This document shows, one piece after another, positions 1 through 14,000 of a stretch of DNA of 64,000 bases. Location: positions 992,001 through 1,056,000 of the forward strand of contig NW_026782139.1 of NCBI RefSeq assembly GCF_031769215.1. The letters run 5' to 3'. This DNA is from Ylistrum balloti. Taxonomy: Eukaryota. Numbering within the stretch: the stretch's first letter is position 1; each line of letters opens with the position of its first letter. A model generated the notes under the pieces. The model saw nothing but the letters and a program-made list of their open reading frames with translations, was not told the origin of the DNA and made no database searches. A program made the translations under genes and the position numbers.

Positions 1-3000
1 CGTAGAGACTTAAATATTAGATACTGATTCGCCTCAGTAGGATACATTAATTGACTGTCGAGTCTCGGCAATGTATTGAATTAAACTGATGGATATATGC
101 AACTATTTCTAAATGGTTATAGAAAAAAACATTCAATGCATATTTTCGAGGAAGGATTTGGCCTATGCCACATCTGACAAGATGGTCTGTGAGTGGAAGA
201 TACAAAATATGACAATTTACCAACAGAGTATGGCGCCATTATCAAAAAGGTATTGATAGATGATAAATCGATAACAAAATTTGTAATCATCGGTGTAACA
301 TACCACACACCTGTCGGTGAGTTCTTGATCCTTTGTTGAATCATAATAATAATAGTTTGATATCACAAACAATTGTTGTATTCGGGATGGATTATTCTCG
401 ATCAAACAACGGCTATAAGATAATACTGTCCACGGAGAAGAAGGATACTCAAGGGATATTTTAAAGTGTTATCATACTGGAACGGTGACCAAGGACTAAA
501 CATTGATTCACCTTTTTTCTATCAGTGATACATATCAGAGTACATCCTTAATATGAGATTGAAACTGCTTTACCCTGCTCGATTCATCTTAATATGAATA
601 ACCATACAGTGTGACCGGTAAAACATCATGCAACTTGTTATGACAAGTTTGTATTTCATTAGAAAGGCGCTGTACTATTCGAACAATCCCTATATATAAC
701 ATTCCTTGCAATGAGAAGGAAAACAAACGGAAGAAAATCAATGTGATTACAATACAATCCTTATGTAAAATATTAAAAGTCAAAGACAATCTGGACAAAT
801 GATATATTACAATTGTAACATACAATATTGTATAAGGTTTCATTTTCTCTGAAGTAAAGCATATTCTCAGCCTTTCTTTTTTTAAAACTGATTTAGACTG
901 CAGTTTCCTTTTAACTGCGGTAACGAATGTTCTTTTTACTTTTTTTTTCAAATCTGAAATTTCAAACTATATATATCTTAAATTTATCTTTTTGATATCT
1001 ACCTTTAGTTACTTATAATTGCTTCAAAATTGATCTTTACTGTAGAATTCGTCCTGCTTTTCACTTTTTGTATTGTCGCTGCATTTGAAATATGCCAAAG
1101 CGTCAGTTTGATTCCTAGGACACCCATTACACGGTATATACATATATATATATAAAATGGAGTGACATTTCTTATCCTATTACGGTACATCTAGGAGTTA
1201 TTTATTAAAGCTGATTCCATACATCCTTTGTGTAACATTCATGATGCGCAGTACATAAAGCAGGCAGTTTACACTGCAAACTCGAGCTAATAACACAATA
1301 TGGAGAAAAATCTATAACAATTACAGGACGTGCGAAAATATCAATTAAGTCTGACCTACAAACTGAGAAAGAAATTACATATTTTGTGTCGATATGAAAT
1401 CAGTCATTTAGTGTATACTTTTCTCTCAGATGTACTCTCTAATGATTTGTCATAAACCTCATCAAATGATTCCTGACCCATTGGTAATATTTGTTTTATT
1501 CAGTGTTTATCTATCCCAACAGATATGATGATAAAAGACATAGTGATAGAAGACGAGTATCCTGGGATTAATCGCAGACAGTATTGGGTACATTCAACAG
1601 AAAGGGCACCGACTCTAGCGTTGTTGATGGGTTAGATTAATTCAGTGTTTTCCTGAATAATACTGATATTTACCGGTTTGTCGCTCAGCATCGGAAAGGA
1701 TGCAAAATCCCGACTAGCCCGTTGTTAGTATAATGCATGCAGTTTTGATTGTATATTTTCGTGTCCATGTAATGGTATTTCACAGCGAGAAAGCTGACAA
1801 TTTAAAAGCATATGTCAGTGACCCCATCGTCTGCTGCCCACTTAAGTCACCAATTTTATTCCCGACCGACATTACCACTGATTTAGCAAATATACGTAAA
1901 ATGTATTTGTTTTAAAAGCCTTTTGTTCATATGGAAGATACATGTAAACAGAACTGTGCTGGAATTATGTCACTGGTCATTGCATAAGAGATGAGAGATA
2001 ACAAAAAAAAAAAAACAAAAAAACAAACAAACAAACAAACAAAAACAACCCTCTAAAACGAAAAGCAAAGAAACGAAACAAATATTGGAAATTTATCACA
2101 ATAAAATGCAAAATGTATTTGCTTTGAAGGCGTTGTTTGGGTAGCGGTGTTGCACTGGCTGTTGCGAAGACGTGAAAAAGAAAAAAATCCACATAGTCAT
2201 AAATACATTACCAAATACGTGTAAAATGTATGTGTTTTAAATGCATTGTGTGTTCGTATGGGAGATGAATAGCTATCTGCTGGATTCTTAGAGACATATT
2301 AGTTATCTATCGATATATTTCATCAAACTACCACATGGAAATTGTGCCGTCACTTGTCACTATATTCTGATCAATGGATAAATAACACAGACTGATCAGA
2401 CGTTATGTCTCTGCACTCCATTCACACATCGCCACAGATAATTTACAAGCAGGCACAATCGACTCGACTGTATACCTGTGCGACAGTCTCTGCTGACTCT
2501 ATATCAGTTAATTAGCAATCGAAATGGAAATGTTTGACCTGATTCGGATCCCTTTGATGACACAAAATGACGTGTAATCTTACATGCATGCAACATTGCA
2601 TATTTAATTAGGTATAAGGACAAAAGGACATATATATTTCTTTTAAAATGTAATGTTAAAGTACAGAACACCTAGATAGTGCTATTCGTGATAGTAGACA
2701 CTCTTGTTAAATTATTTTTTCCCGGTTTTTTTCTTAATTACTCAAAACCTGTGTCATATGACTAAAAAATGGAACTAGCAGCAAACATAGAGAAAATACA
2801 GACATGTCAAGATAAGCATCATGAATTGCAAATTAAACAAGGGGAAAATATGATCAAAAGAAAGATTTACACAGAGTTTCCAGAAAAAAAGTACAAGAAG
2901 AATAATACTATGCACTCCGGAAGCGTCAAAAATAATATGTTATGAAGTCCCAAAATCTACATTGCTATCCCTTGATACGAGAGGATCTTCGTAACAATTT

Positions 3001-3530
3001 TTTTTGACAGCAGAACATGGTCATTTGATCTATAAAGGCATGTGATTGCTTGTTAAATTCGTGCAAAAATGTTGCAACCAAAAGTAATGAAATTAGCCGT
3101 CAATAAGTCTGATTAATCTTTTGGTTGAAAAAAAAAATGTTTAAAGTTATGTCATTTAGTGTCTGTGACCTTTCCTTAATGTTATTGCCTTGTATGTGTG
3201 AAGTTATCTGGCGAATCTTCTCCCCGAGACATTTGTATTTTTTCCAGAATTCCCTATTCTTAAAATATAGTTGTTGAAAATATCATAAGCAATTGATCAC
3301 AGGCGGACGGACAAAAATTTGAACTTCAATATTGACAAAAAATGAGCAACTATTAAGATTTTATTTGGATTAATATTAGGTAACTGTTCTAAAGACTAAT
3401 GACGCCATGCTCGAAGAGAAAAGTTAACATTCTATTTTCATTATTCGTGAATAAATACTGGTGTTGATAAATTAGGAATGAAACAGTACTTGGAAAGGTA
3501 AAAACAGCTAAATCAGAATGGAAAACTTAC

Positions 3531-3780
3531 CGAGTACGAGAGTAAGAGTATCGGAAACAGCCAAACTGAAGAGGTAATAGTTGGTGACAGTGTGCATGTA
3601 CGTGTTTCTCGCTATCACGAGGCACGTGCTCACGTTACCGATGACGCCCGTGATGAAGATGATACTGTAAACGACAGTTAGTGTGATCACAGATGGTAAG
3701 CCTTTTCTTTTATCGCCCAAAAGCTGTAATAACAGGTCAGTTTCCTCCAGCGTGCTCAGGGTAGTACCGTTAACCTCCAT
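3531..3780 (-). CDS. First coding exon of a rhodopsin-family neuropeptide GPCR (neuromedin-U / pyrokinin / CAPA receptor-like); gene probably continues beyond the left edge
   Basis: Translation MEVNGTTLSTLEETDLLLQLLGDKRKGLPSVITLTVVYSIIFITGVIGNVSTCLVIARNTYMHTVTNYYLFSLAVSDTLTLVL(G). It has an N-terminal NGT sequon, TM1 GxxGN and TM2 MHTVTNYYLFSLAVSD, typical of NMUR/PRXamide receptors. It ends at a canonical phase-1 donor G|GTAAGT (GT at 3530-3529). No TM3-TM7 exon found in 1-3500. Confidence 0.9.
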
Positions 3781-4724
3781 TGTCGCCGGAAATAATCTCT
3801 ACGAGTAGTATCCGGTCAACACGGATCACAATAAATAGTAATGAGTATTAACTATGTGTCTTAAGGTGTAACAATCATGTATATCACTCTGTTGCTTCAG
3901 TTATAATGATAAGTCGGCATTCTAAGTCAAATTTGTTACATAATTATAATTTCGTCGAAAGAAGGAAACAACATATCAATAAATGATAAATGAAGTGTCC
4001 ATTGCTTGTCCATGATGTATAGAATCGGAAGTGAAATTTAAAACTTTTAAGATTCTATGGTATATAGTCAACTTTCAATTTATCATAAAGACATTGCAAC
4101 CGATACTCATTTTCTTGAAAACGTTTCTTCTAGAAAGAGTGGTTGCATGCGGAGCGAAAATTACACCCAGCTATTTTTTTTTTCGCTGAAACTTTTGAAA
4201 TACTTTTCCAATTCTTTCATTTGTGAATAATCCAATTTCTTGGCACAACATTTGCAGGCGTAATCACTCCAATGCACGACATTTTACAGCTTTCAATTTT
4301 TTTTTCTGTATAGTAAGGACACTTTAGGATGACATCATGTTTTTCAACAATTCCTTCCAGTCGTTACACGTTTCGGAGAACAATTATACCAATCGCTGTC
4401 GTAATCTATTCGCTGACTGACATTGTATATATTTATATCCAAAGAATGTCAAATAACATCGATACGACCATGATGTTTGCCCTACCACATAGAAACGCAT
4501 ACATTGGTAATTAGTAATATAATTTTAAGCTTCAATAGACATCGGTTTCCTAATAGCATTTTCAAAAGTATATATCCGTATCAAATCCTCCTCTTCATAC
4601 GATGGAGATGACCGTTGGTCAGCGTGTGTCTTGCTTATCACCCATTAGGCGACATTACTGAGGCATAGTTGTCAATGTCTGCGGAGATCAATTAAAGCCA
4701 ATGTTCCAGAACGCCCAAGCTTAC

Positions 4725-5156
4725 GTGCCTGTAGTGATCATTTGTCCGTAATCAAAACTGCCAATTATGGCCTGGTATAGGTATCCATATAATGATTTTA
4801 AACAGCTGGTATGAAACACTCTTGTAGTTATACTTGGTATTTGTCATTTCTGCAAAAACATTTAATATCATATATCCCGGGGAAACTTTCTCTACGGATT
4901 CCTCCTGCTGTTATTGTGAAGCCTATTACTGTAAACACCGTATCAATAGATGTACCAGTCCTCTTCTCTATGACGATGGTCTTCCATCTCGCACATCCCA
5001 TTAGTACTGTTCATAGCTTTGAAATCCATCGCCAAAAGCCAACCGTCATGGACTGATTATGAACTGTCGTCCAAGACGCGTGGTGCTGTATCAACGACGA
5101 CACACTCGCTGTCACCGGGACCTGTATAACTTTCAACTAGACTCCGGGCCAATCAG
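4725..5156 (-). promoter_or_regulatory. Possible promoter and non-coding first exon of the GPCR
   Basis: Less AT-rich block with a CCAAT box (gccaatcag 5148-5156), a TATA-like TTATACA near 5125 and a donor CAC|GTAAGC at 4724-4723. A candidate acceptor lies at 3800-3799, just before the GPCR ATG. Confidence 0.3.
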
Positions 5157-7654
5157 TCATAAACAACCGCTGCCGCTTTGACAGTGTTGTCCATTTAAGT
5201 TAATTGTCAATGGTCTCACATAGGAATGAATCTATCTATTATAATCATTCACAGCTGTAGGTTATGCCATATGATGTTAAAAGCATACCATTTCAACATC
5301 CATGTTGTTAAGGAAGGGTATCATTATAGGAGTATGTGTGATGCTTTAATAATTTTGTTTTGTGAGGAGAAGTATAGATTAATGACTATATTAATAACAT
5401 AGTACGGAAGAGCACAAAACACAAACATTCGAAACTTCTTGGAACTGCAGTTATAGTATTTTGGTTAAAACCAATGTATCACCATCTAGATAATAAAAAG
5501 GAGAAATAACTTTCCTTTTTGGTTTGTTCAAATTTACGTTCAGCAAAATACAGTAAGTAAATAGTCATTTCGAGAAACCTAACTCGCCTTTTTGAGAACA
5601 AGTATATAATACTTTCTTTTTTTTTCTATTTAAGTTTTAAAGGCAACGATGATCACCATAACAATATATATGGAATAGGCTATCGTTAGTAATATACATA
5701 CATTCTTTTACTTTTTAATATTATATCAGATCAGCCAAGACTGAAGATACAAACTATCCGGCGTAGTGACTGTATTGTAAAATATAAATTATCAGTGTTT
5801 ATTGATTTCAGAATTTTCTCAACAATATATCTCCATAACACATGAGAAAATAAGTAATGAATGTCTGAAAAATCAGAGCTCTCCAGTCTTCTCCAGTTAG
5901 CTATCAAATTAAGAGATGACGTATTTAACTAAATGCAGTTAGTGGATTACAAGTATATATGAACACCTGCTTCATGTAGCTGGCATGTTTTTGTCAGACC
6001 AAGATGAAAAAAGAAGGATTTAACTACTTGATATGAAATTTATAAATAATGTGATGTCCACTTTGGTCATACAAACAGAGATATGCTTACAACAGAACAG
6101 AAGTATTGTGCTTCCCAGATGATATGGTAAAAGTCTAGAAACTGGAAAAACATTCCTATGGACGTTGGAAGTATGGTGCATTTTTTCATTTTTGTTTTTG
6201 TTTTAATGTATCTAACTGTTATTAACATGCGTATCTAGAATAGTAGTTTTCATAACACAACCAGTAGAAGATTAGAGTGTGATTTTTCGATGACTACATG
6301 GTCACCTTCATCAGACAAATGACTAGTGTGGAGCGTACTAGTATTGACTTACGTACCGTCCGAGATGGTAAGAAATCAAACAAATTTTTCGGCTTTGCTA
6401 TAATCCTATGTACACTACGGTCGAAAATAGTGTGACGAAATGGTAAACCAGTTACAGAAAAAAAAAATAAAAAAAAAGACTTTTTGACCTTGTTAATCCT
6501 ATCTTATTCTGAGAGAGTACCTGTTTGATATTTACAGTAAACCAGGATTGACAAATTAGATGGGTTCTCCGAAATTGTACGTCTTCACCTATAAACAGTG
6601 AAAACCTGATATGATGACAATATAATATTCATTCGTCTCTCGCAGAAAGGACCATGGACAAAGCACCAGTCCAACTCAGTTAAACTTACCTAAACATAGT
6701 CACTAAATTGTCTTGAATCTTGACACTATATAACAGAAATAAATTTTGATCGTCCTTGCTTTATAATGTGTTATTTTCTGCGAGTAGCGGATTTGTGTTC
6801 ACGAAAAACAATATGAACGTATGTGTCATAGGAAACACCAACAGCAGAATTCAAATCATAAAATAAGAAGACAAAGGTGAAAGTAAAAAATGAACAACAC
6901 TGAAGCTCCTTATATTCCTTTTGGTATCTCTATCGTCCCTTAAATAGAAGACGTCGAAAAAATAATCCGATTCTACTTTGTTATCATCATTTCAGAACCA
7001 AGTGATCAACCTTTATACTGAATTGATTAGCACTAAATATGTATAACTGTTATTTAGTCTAAAGTGATATTAGTCACGGCTACAATCGATAGGTCTGTGA
7101 TCTTCTCTGGCAGTTTCCAATGATCAATTATCTATAGGACGAGATTGTTTTCATGACATTGCCTTTTGGAATACGATTTGTTGGTCAACAACCCATGCGG
7201 TAGCTCTATCGCCAGGATTTTTAACCCACTAACATAAAATAACGGTAAACTGGTAAATAGAAATATCCCATTCCAAGGAGATTCAGGTAGCTATTACGTC
7301 TAAACTTACATATGTCTTCTTCATAGGCTTTGCTGCTTTAGCCGTTAGGCTCTTGGCCAAATGAAATATCTTTATGGATAATAATACAAAGTCCAAAGCC
7401 TTTCCTTGTCTATTTGTGATCGATGTCCTTTTCTTGACATTCTTGTCCCAGACGTTGCTAATACCCGCAATTACATGTAATATTTGTCTGGTATAAGACA
7501 GGCTATTTACATCACGTTCTTCACTAATTCCTCTTAAATGTGTTTATAAATAAAGGATTTTTTTGTTAGAGGAATATTAATACATACGAACTCTCCTACA
7601 GTGTAGTATACGCTGCAGTTAAGAAATATAGACTATATTTTCTTCAGCATCACT

Positions 7655-8120
7655 GACTCCTGAAAAACCACAAGGAGAATAAGATCGGATGTTCAAGACG
7701 AGTAAGCGTCTTCTGCTTCATCAACGACACTCGCCATGTAGACCTTTGTCAATCCGAAAAAAATTGTCACGTTCTCAAATGAGAAGAAGGTATACAACAA
7801 CGAAACCAACAGGCAAATTACGAGCATCAAATACCTCCAGCTTCATATCGCACACAAGATGTATTAATATGACATGGTATTCAAGTATGCTCTGGAAATG
7901 CGAAAAATCGATTTGTTATTTTCACGTTCTCACCAATACTAAACAGTTTTTGAGGTATTATCACACTTAACAACAACACGAAAATCTAGAGTAGATCAAC
8001 AACATCCGCCATGTAGATCTTGGTCAATCCTAGTAAGTCATGTCACGTTGTCAAATGAGAAGAAAAAAAAAGACTAGTGATTAAAATATGACACAAGTAA
8101 AAACATCAACGAAACCGTGA
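7655..8120 (+). repeat. Two copies of a dispersed repeat family (other copies at about 35125-35300, 46518-46582, 53750-53790)
   Basis: Shared core (g)gaagggtaagcgtcttctgcttcatc.acgacactcgccatgtagatcttggtcaatcc...tgtcacgtt.tcaaatgagaagaa visible in several copies. Confidence 0.65.
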
Positions 8121-11043
8121 ATATATACCATCCTTGTATTTGGTAGGTAGAATATTTGTGTCACGTCACTATATTACAAATGCTCAGATTTTCAGAAAAC
8201 AAAACGAACGTTGTCGTCTTTCTTATGATCGAACTTTAAAAATCTCATATCTATCACATAATGACCCAAAGCATAAAGCTATCAATTTGGTGTTTGTTTT
8301 TGATGCAATTTTTGCCACAATATCCTATCAATGTTTTCTGTAATGATATACTATTTTGTTGTTTGTTACACTGACGTTCATTCAGTAATAAAACCAACTG
8401 ACGATGCCTCGTAAAAGAAAAAAGAAAAGATTACTGTATTTACTAGTACTGGAAGGATCAACCATATATAGCTTGAGAAAAAAGAACTGACAAAGCACCA
8501 TAGTAAATGTGCTGACAGAATTAACCTCGGATGTGATTGTAACGCGTTTGTGTTGACCAGCAAAGATAATCACTGACGCCAGCCCCATTGGGATTCAGCA
8601 TATCAGATCTGCCTCTGGTTTGATTGAGACCCGGGATGATGTTATTAGTGTAGCACGGATTTAATGGAGCATGTTATGAGAGGTCGGGGATTGGGAACAT
8701 CTTATGGGGATCTGCCATTACTGTTACTGAATCACCGGTATTATCAAAGCCACAACAACTGATAACACTTATATATTATATGATGAAAATGTATTTTTTC
8801 ACTATATATATCCGAACTTCCTAACTGTTAAAAATGCTAGTCGGTTATTCCATACGAATGTTAATAATGCTTATTCATATTTTATACTTAGGCTTAATGA
8901 AGAAATTCATCTTTTGTATCATCTCCGGTTCAAATCGGAAATGGAGTCAATAGAGCGCAGACATGGACTTAGTGCTAGACGAAATAGTATCGGACAGACG
9001 CAGGTAATATATGTGCCATCAGATCACATGACCGCTCAAACGGTAGTATTTTGTGCGGGTGTCTACGTTAAACTTCAAAATTCTGGCTTGTATGATGTGA
9101 TCATCATAGTATCAGACAGGGTCCTTTGAAGACAACCAAAACGGAAAGGACGATACTCCAAGGTCGTATATAGTGTAGCTGTAGGATTATCTCCAAAATC
9201 AATTCAAATCTGTGTTGCTTCTTTACACATCATTACACTATAGATTAGGTTCTGACAGGATTTATATCGTCTGCAATGGCTCGTTTTCGTTTAAAGAGGT
9301 AGTCTGTGCTGCTGATGTCCTAAGCATGGACGGCGTTTCTTACCTGACAGTCAATTTCACATTGTTTGACATGTGAAAAGAATGATACAATAATAGAAAC
9401 AAAATGCGGATCCCTTTCTATTCTGTATGTAAATGTCATAAATGCTGAAATTAACATTTCCTTTGTACAATGTAAATCCTTTTTTCCAGTAAACCATCAA
9501 GAAAATACCAACATGGCAACATAATCATAATTCAAACTCAAATTCCATAACACTAGGGTAAAATGTGAACAAAAGAAAGACTTACACGGACATTCCTGAA
9601 AAAGTACAATGGGAACGAGACCAGGTGTTCATAATTAAAGTTTCAGGTAAATGGTAAAAAAAAATCAATATAGGCTCCTACGAAATAAACATTAGATCCT
9701 TTGATTAAGACATGCATTTCGGCAAATTGTCTAAAATGTCAAAACAATGCAACCATGATTGTGGAAATGTATAAATGACAATGACATGTTGGTATATTAT
9801 GAAATTTAAGTAAAACTGTCAATGAAGCATTTAGAACAAAACAATCATAAGCAAAAAGTTATTTTACTTTGAGATTAGATTAATATCCACTTATGCTACC
9901 AAACTATCAAGTGCTAGCATACTGAAATGTTTTTAAATCGGTAGATGATATACAATCAGCAACCATTATAAATCCTTATCGCCAATACACTTCATGCTGA
10001 ATTAATTTTCACCCAGCACCCAGAGAGCACAGAAGCAAATTCCGAGCCTGGTGTTCATTTCTGTTTCTTTGGCCTGCAAATGTGACGTGAACAGTGTGAT
10101 CAAGAACTAATGCAGACATAAAAATGATGCCAGAACCATCATAAAATTACACAATAACTCGATATACAGAGTTGGAAAGCATTGTTCACAAAGGGATGCT
10201 TAGATATCTTTAGAATCAAAACGAGTTCTTGTTATGCTAAAGTATATGATAAACCATACGTCTGCAAATAGAAGATAAGACTTTCATTTGCTGAATGTAA
10301 TAGAGTGATCACGATCGACCTGTTTTGGATGTAAGGCCACCATCAGGACATCGCTTTTTCTGAAACCAGAGACGGTTGTTCCCAGGAGAGTAGGACAATT
10401 TACATATATTTGAACCCATTCCTCTGATACGCGCTTCGCTCAATCATGGAATGCTTGATGCAATCAGCACGAATATACCTAGGTACGCGTTTCCCGTAAT
10501 TCAAGTCCGCTGACAAGAAAAACATTTCATGTCAAACTGTTTATTACATAGATCACAATAGAAATTAACTCTTAGCCAATGGTTATCCAGTGGTATTCTT
10601 GTCTGCAAAAGAAAAATGAGCACATAATTTTTGCCACTGTATATATAATATTTATCCAAAATAATCCCTACAAATTTGGTAAAAAAATGAGATTTTTGAA
10701 AATATTTCATAATCTGTATTTCTTTTATATTGACTTATGAGATTTTAGATATAAAATACATATTATATAAAGAATAAATCCTTAAATAAATATATTTCTA
10801 TAAACATTGCGCGTGTGGCTTTGCCGATAAATGCTTATTATTTCCCCGTTTAAGTAATTAGCAGTCAGGCTTAAATTCAGTTTAGAAACAGATTTTATGT
10901 ATGCAAGAACGTATTTTGTTATGATGACTGACTTCATTTTCAAAACATTTGCTTATGTACGGGACGACAAATAAGGAAATTCGAATGATCCTTAAATTGT
11001 TAACGTAATTATGAATAAAATTGTTTCTATCATATTAGAATAC

Positions 11044-14000
11044 CTACAATGGTTTCGCCTCGCATATAGCACCCTGCGGGAACGGACAGTAGTTGTCATT
11101 CCAGTGAGTGTGTAAGTTTAGTTCGAGGCAATGTTCGTTACCATGGGAATTATTTGGTTGGTCTTTGTTCCACTTGCAATAATTATGAGCATGGCCACAG
11201 GGTCGCATTGGCACAGGATTATTGTTTTCTATCCACACCCAGCTGCTATTGGCATTCATATTTGTACCTCCTACCCAGAAAGAAGCATCTGCAAGAATGA
11301 AATGAAAATTTCAATGCATTCTGTACGTTAAGATAAGAAACAGTGTCTTCTCAATATCAGTTTCAATAGATCAATTGTTATTGGTAAAGACGTACTATAA
11401 CTAAAAACATATTGCTTTGTGCAATAAAATTAACTATAAGTGTAAACACCGCAGCGATAACATCTTTCGATTGACATTTTTCATACCCTACCATAATAAC
11501 GTCATTTTGAAATGCAAATATAAAATTGTATTGATAAAGACATTGCAGAAGTACATGTAAGTCTCTCACATCTGCATCGTGATCGAAAGTAATTTTGTGT
11601 GTGAGTCGACCTTCCAAACAAATCGTACTTCTGATAATACCTAAAGTTACACTGGTTGTGAAAGTGTACATCAACTGAGCATTTTCTAACTACGATTTAA
11701 GTAACTAAAATATATGTTACATGGAAGTTAATCATCACGCTATTGTTAGACTCTAAGTTTAAATATCGCACCAAGGAGGAGTCATACAATAAACAATTGG
11801 AAAATTATTGATATGGGAGAAGGTAGGACTAAACGAAAGAAAGGAATTCCACAGTTCATTTCCGTTCTACCCCTAAACGACCGTACAACATGCAGTTTCT
11901 TATAAATGTATCTGACGAAAGAACCATCATCAAATAAAGAGTTCGCACAAGTTAACACAACGTCCAGAGGTCAGAGGGCAAATATGAGATGATTCCTCAT
12001 ACACGAGGACTGACATTACCGTAATTAGATTATGCACGAGCAGAAGAGAAAATGAAGGAAGACAATTGGCGTTTGGGCAATTTTCGTTTGGTAATTCCAT
12101 CTTCTCGGAGTAGAGGGAACAAGTAAAAAACCTCCAAATGTTGCTTAGGTGTTCTCGTATCAGATATCACAGACAATCTTGCTGTTATTCGCAAACCTTC
12201 AGATGTGACCTACACAGCATGCAATTACATGTCTCGCATGAAGCAAAAATCAAACCTGATAGATATTTATTACAACGTTATTAGAATGTTCATATTTTTA
12301 ATTGTTGAGACCAAATGATATTCTCCGTAATATGCAATATAATTCTGAAATCGAATTGGCTATAATATCGAATGAAGTTTTAATTGTTTGAAAGAAATGT
12401 CAGGAATGTAGGATGGGAAATTAGAATTGTGTTAGGATGTGATATGGAGTTGACAGGTCTATACCATAAATCTATCAATGGTGAAGGATTCAATGTGGCT
12501 ACGTCAACCATAAAATAATACACATCAAATGACACCAATCCTCTTAATACTTAAATTATAGTGAATATGCATACGTCGCACCCGCACTCCTCCCTCCAGA
12601 AATCTGTTCTCCTCTTCCGAGTCGATAGAGGCCAAATGCCCACCGATGAGGACACAGTGTTGCTGAAAGACAAAATGCCGCCAAACGTCAAACTATTCTA
12701 AACATGGACGTATTATTATTTGCATTGAATTTTATGCCCTCTTAGAAACTTAACGAAATTGAGAATAAGTGCATGTGGTTTTGCCGTTTGGGAGATTGTT
12801 TGTGTCATCCTATTGAAGCAATATTACTATATCCAATGTGACTGCATGCTTTCTGTAATGACTTTTCCAATGTCCTTGTAGGGGCGAGAAGACCTGAAAA
12901 CTACAACACATGGTAAAACAAAGAACAGGAATAGCTAGTATGACAAATTAAGTTCCTAGTCTTACAGATAGTTTATGAAATATAGCCAAGAGCAAAAGTT
13001 TTCCTTCCTGAGAGTAGAGACTGGTATACTTGATTTTAATAGTCATATTGTGTCTAAATATTTCGAAATAGAAATCTTATCTGTTGCATTTTGGCGCTTG
13101 TCGAACTCCAAATCTGGATTTTAACTTTTCTGCGATCAATTTGGATGAGATGAAGCAGTAAGATGCAGTTGAAATAATAATTTCGCACTTTACAATGTCC
13201 TAATCAAAATTTGCATTAAACTTTTTTTTTTCACTTGTGTGTTCATTTTTTAATCTTCAACGGTTCTGTCTAGGTCAAAACAGAATAAAAAACGTTGTAT
13301 ATATGCTAATTATAATAAGAAGAAAACGAAAATTGATTATCATCCTCTATTGTGATACATCATCTATGTCTGTATCCTCTCGTCATTACCAAGGAGAGGC
13401 CTCAGTTAAACCAACACTTTCTGTTTTTATAAAGATTGAATTCCCTAAAATTTTGACATTTTTTCTAACGTTAGTGACTACAACATCGTTCAAAGACTAT
13501 AAACGAATAAAGATATTTACAGCAACACGCATACTACTGACTTACCATATGTTCGATCCAGGAATCAGATGTATTGACGAAGATGTAGCACGAGTGATCA
13601 TGCAATACCCAACCAGCCTTACATCTTGAATTGGCTACAAATAGACAGTACAGGTTTACAATGTTGTACTCTCTTGTACAATTGTTTACATCTTTAAATG
13701 GCTACAAATAGACAGTACAGGTTTACAATGTTGTACTCTCTTTTACAATTGTTTAATTTGCGGGGATAATATTTCGCGTCTGTCACGGTTGTTGGGATTA
13801 GATAGGTTAAAGTGTCAGCAGTGGTCTGTTTCTCAAGTTAATGTGAAGCACAGATTACAAGGGATTAGGAGAGTCGAACCACGCACCTCGGGGTTATGTT
13901 CACCAATGCATTAACTAACTGAATTAACTCGGGAAAGTAAAACATTTCATTGTGAGGGCATGTAATTATAATTAATCACATGATACTTTCTCTGGTAGTA

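Noticed and set aside
9030-9110. Minus-strand ARILKFNVDTRTKYYRL resembling a fibrinogen-domain segment
   Set aside because: Bounded by stops, no other fibrinogen-domain motifs nearby, and short enough to be chance.
12780-12897. Strong-looking acceptor (ttttcag) in a lectin intron
   Set aside because: All three frames hit stops within about 100 nt, and the lectin model is complete without it.
13237-13629. 130-aa plus-strand ORF
   Set aside because: AT-rich, no recognisable family, and its 3' end is the antisense of lectin coding exon 2.
13868-13933. Possible tRNA gene
   Set aside because: The A box and stems are decayed; better explained as a SINE head.
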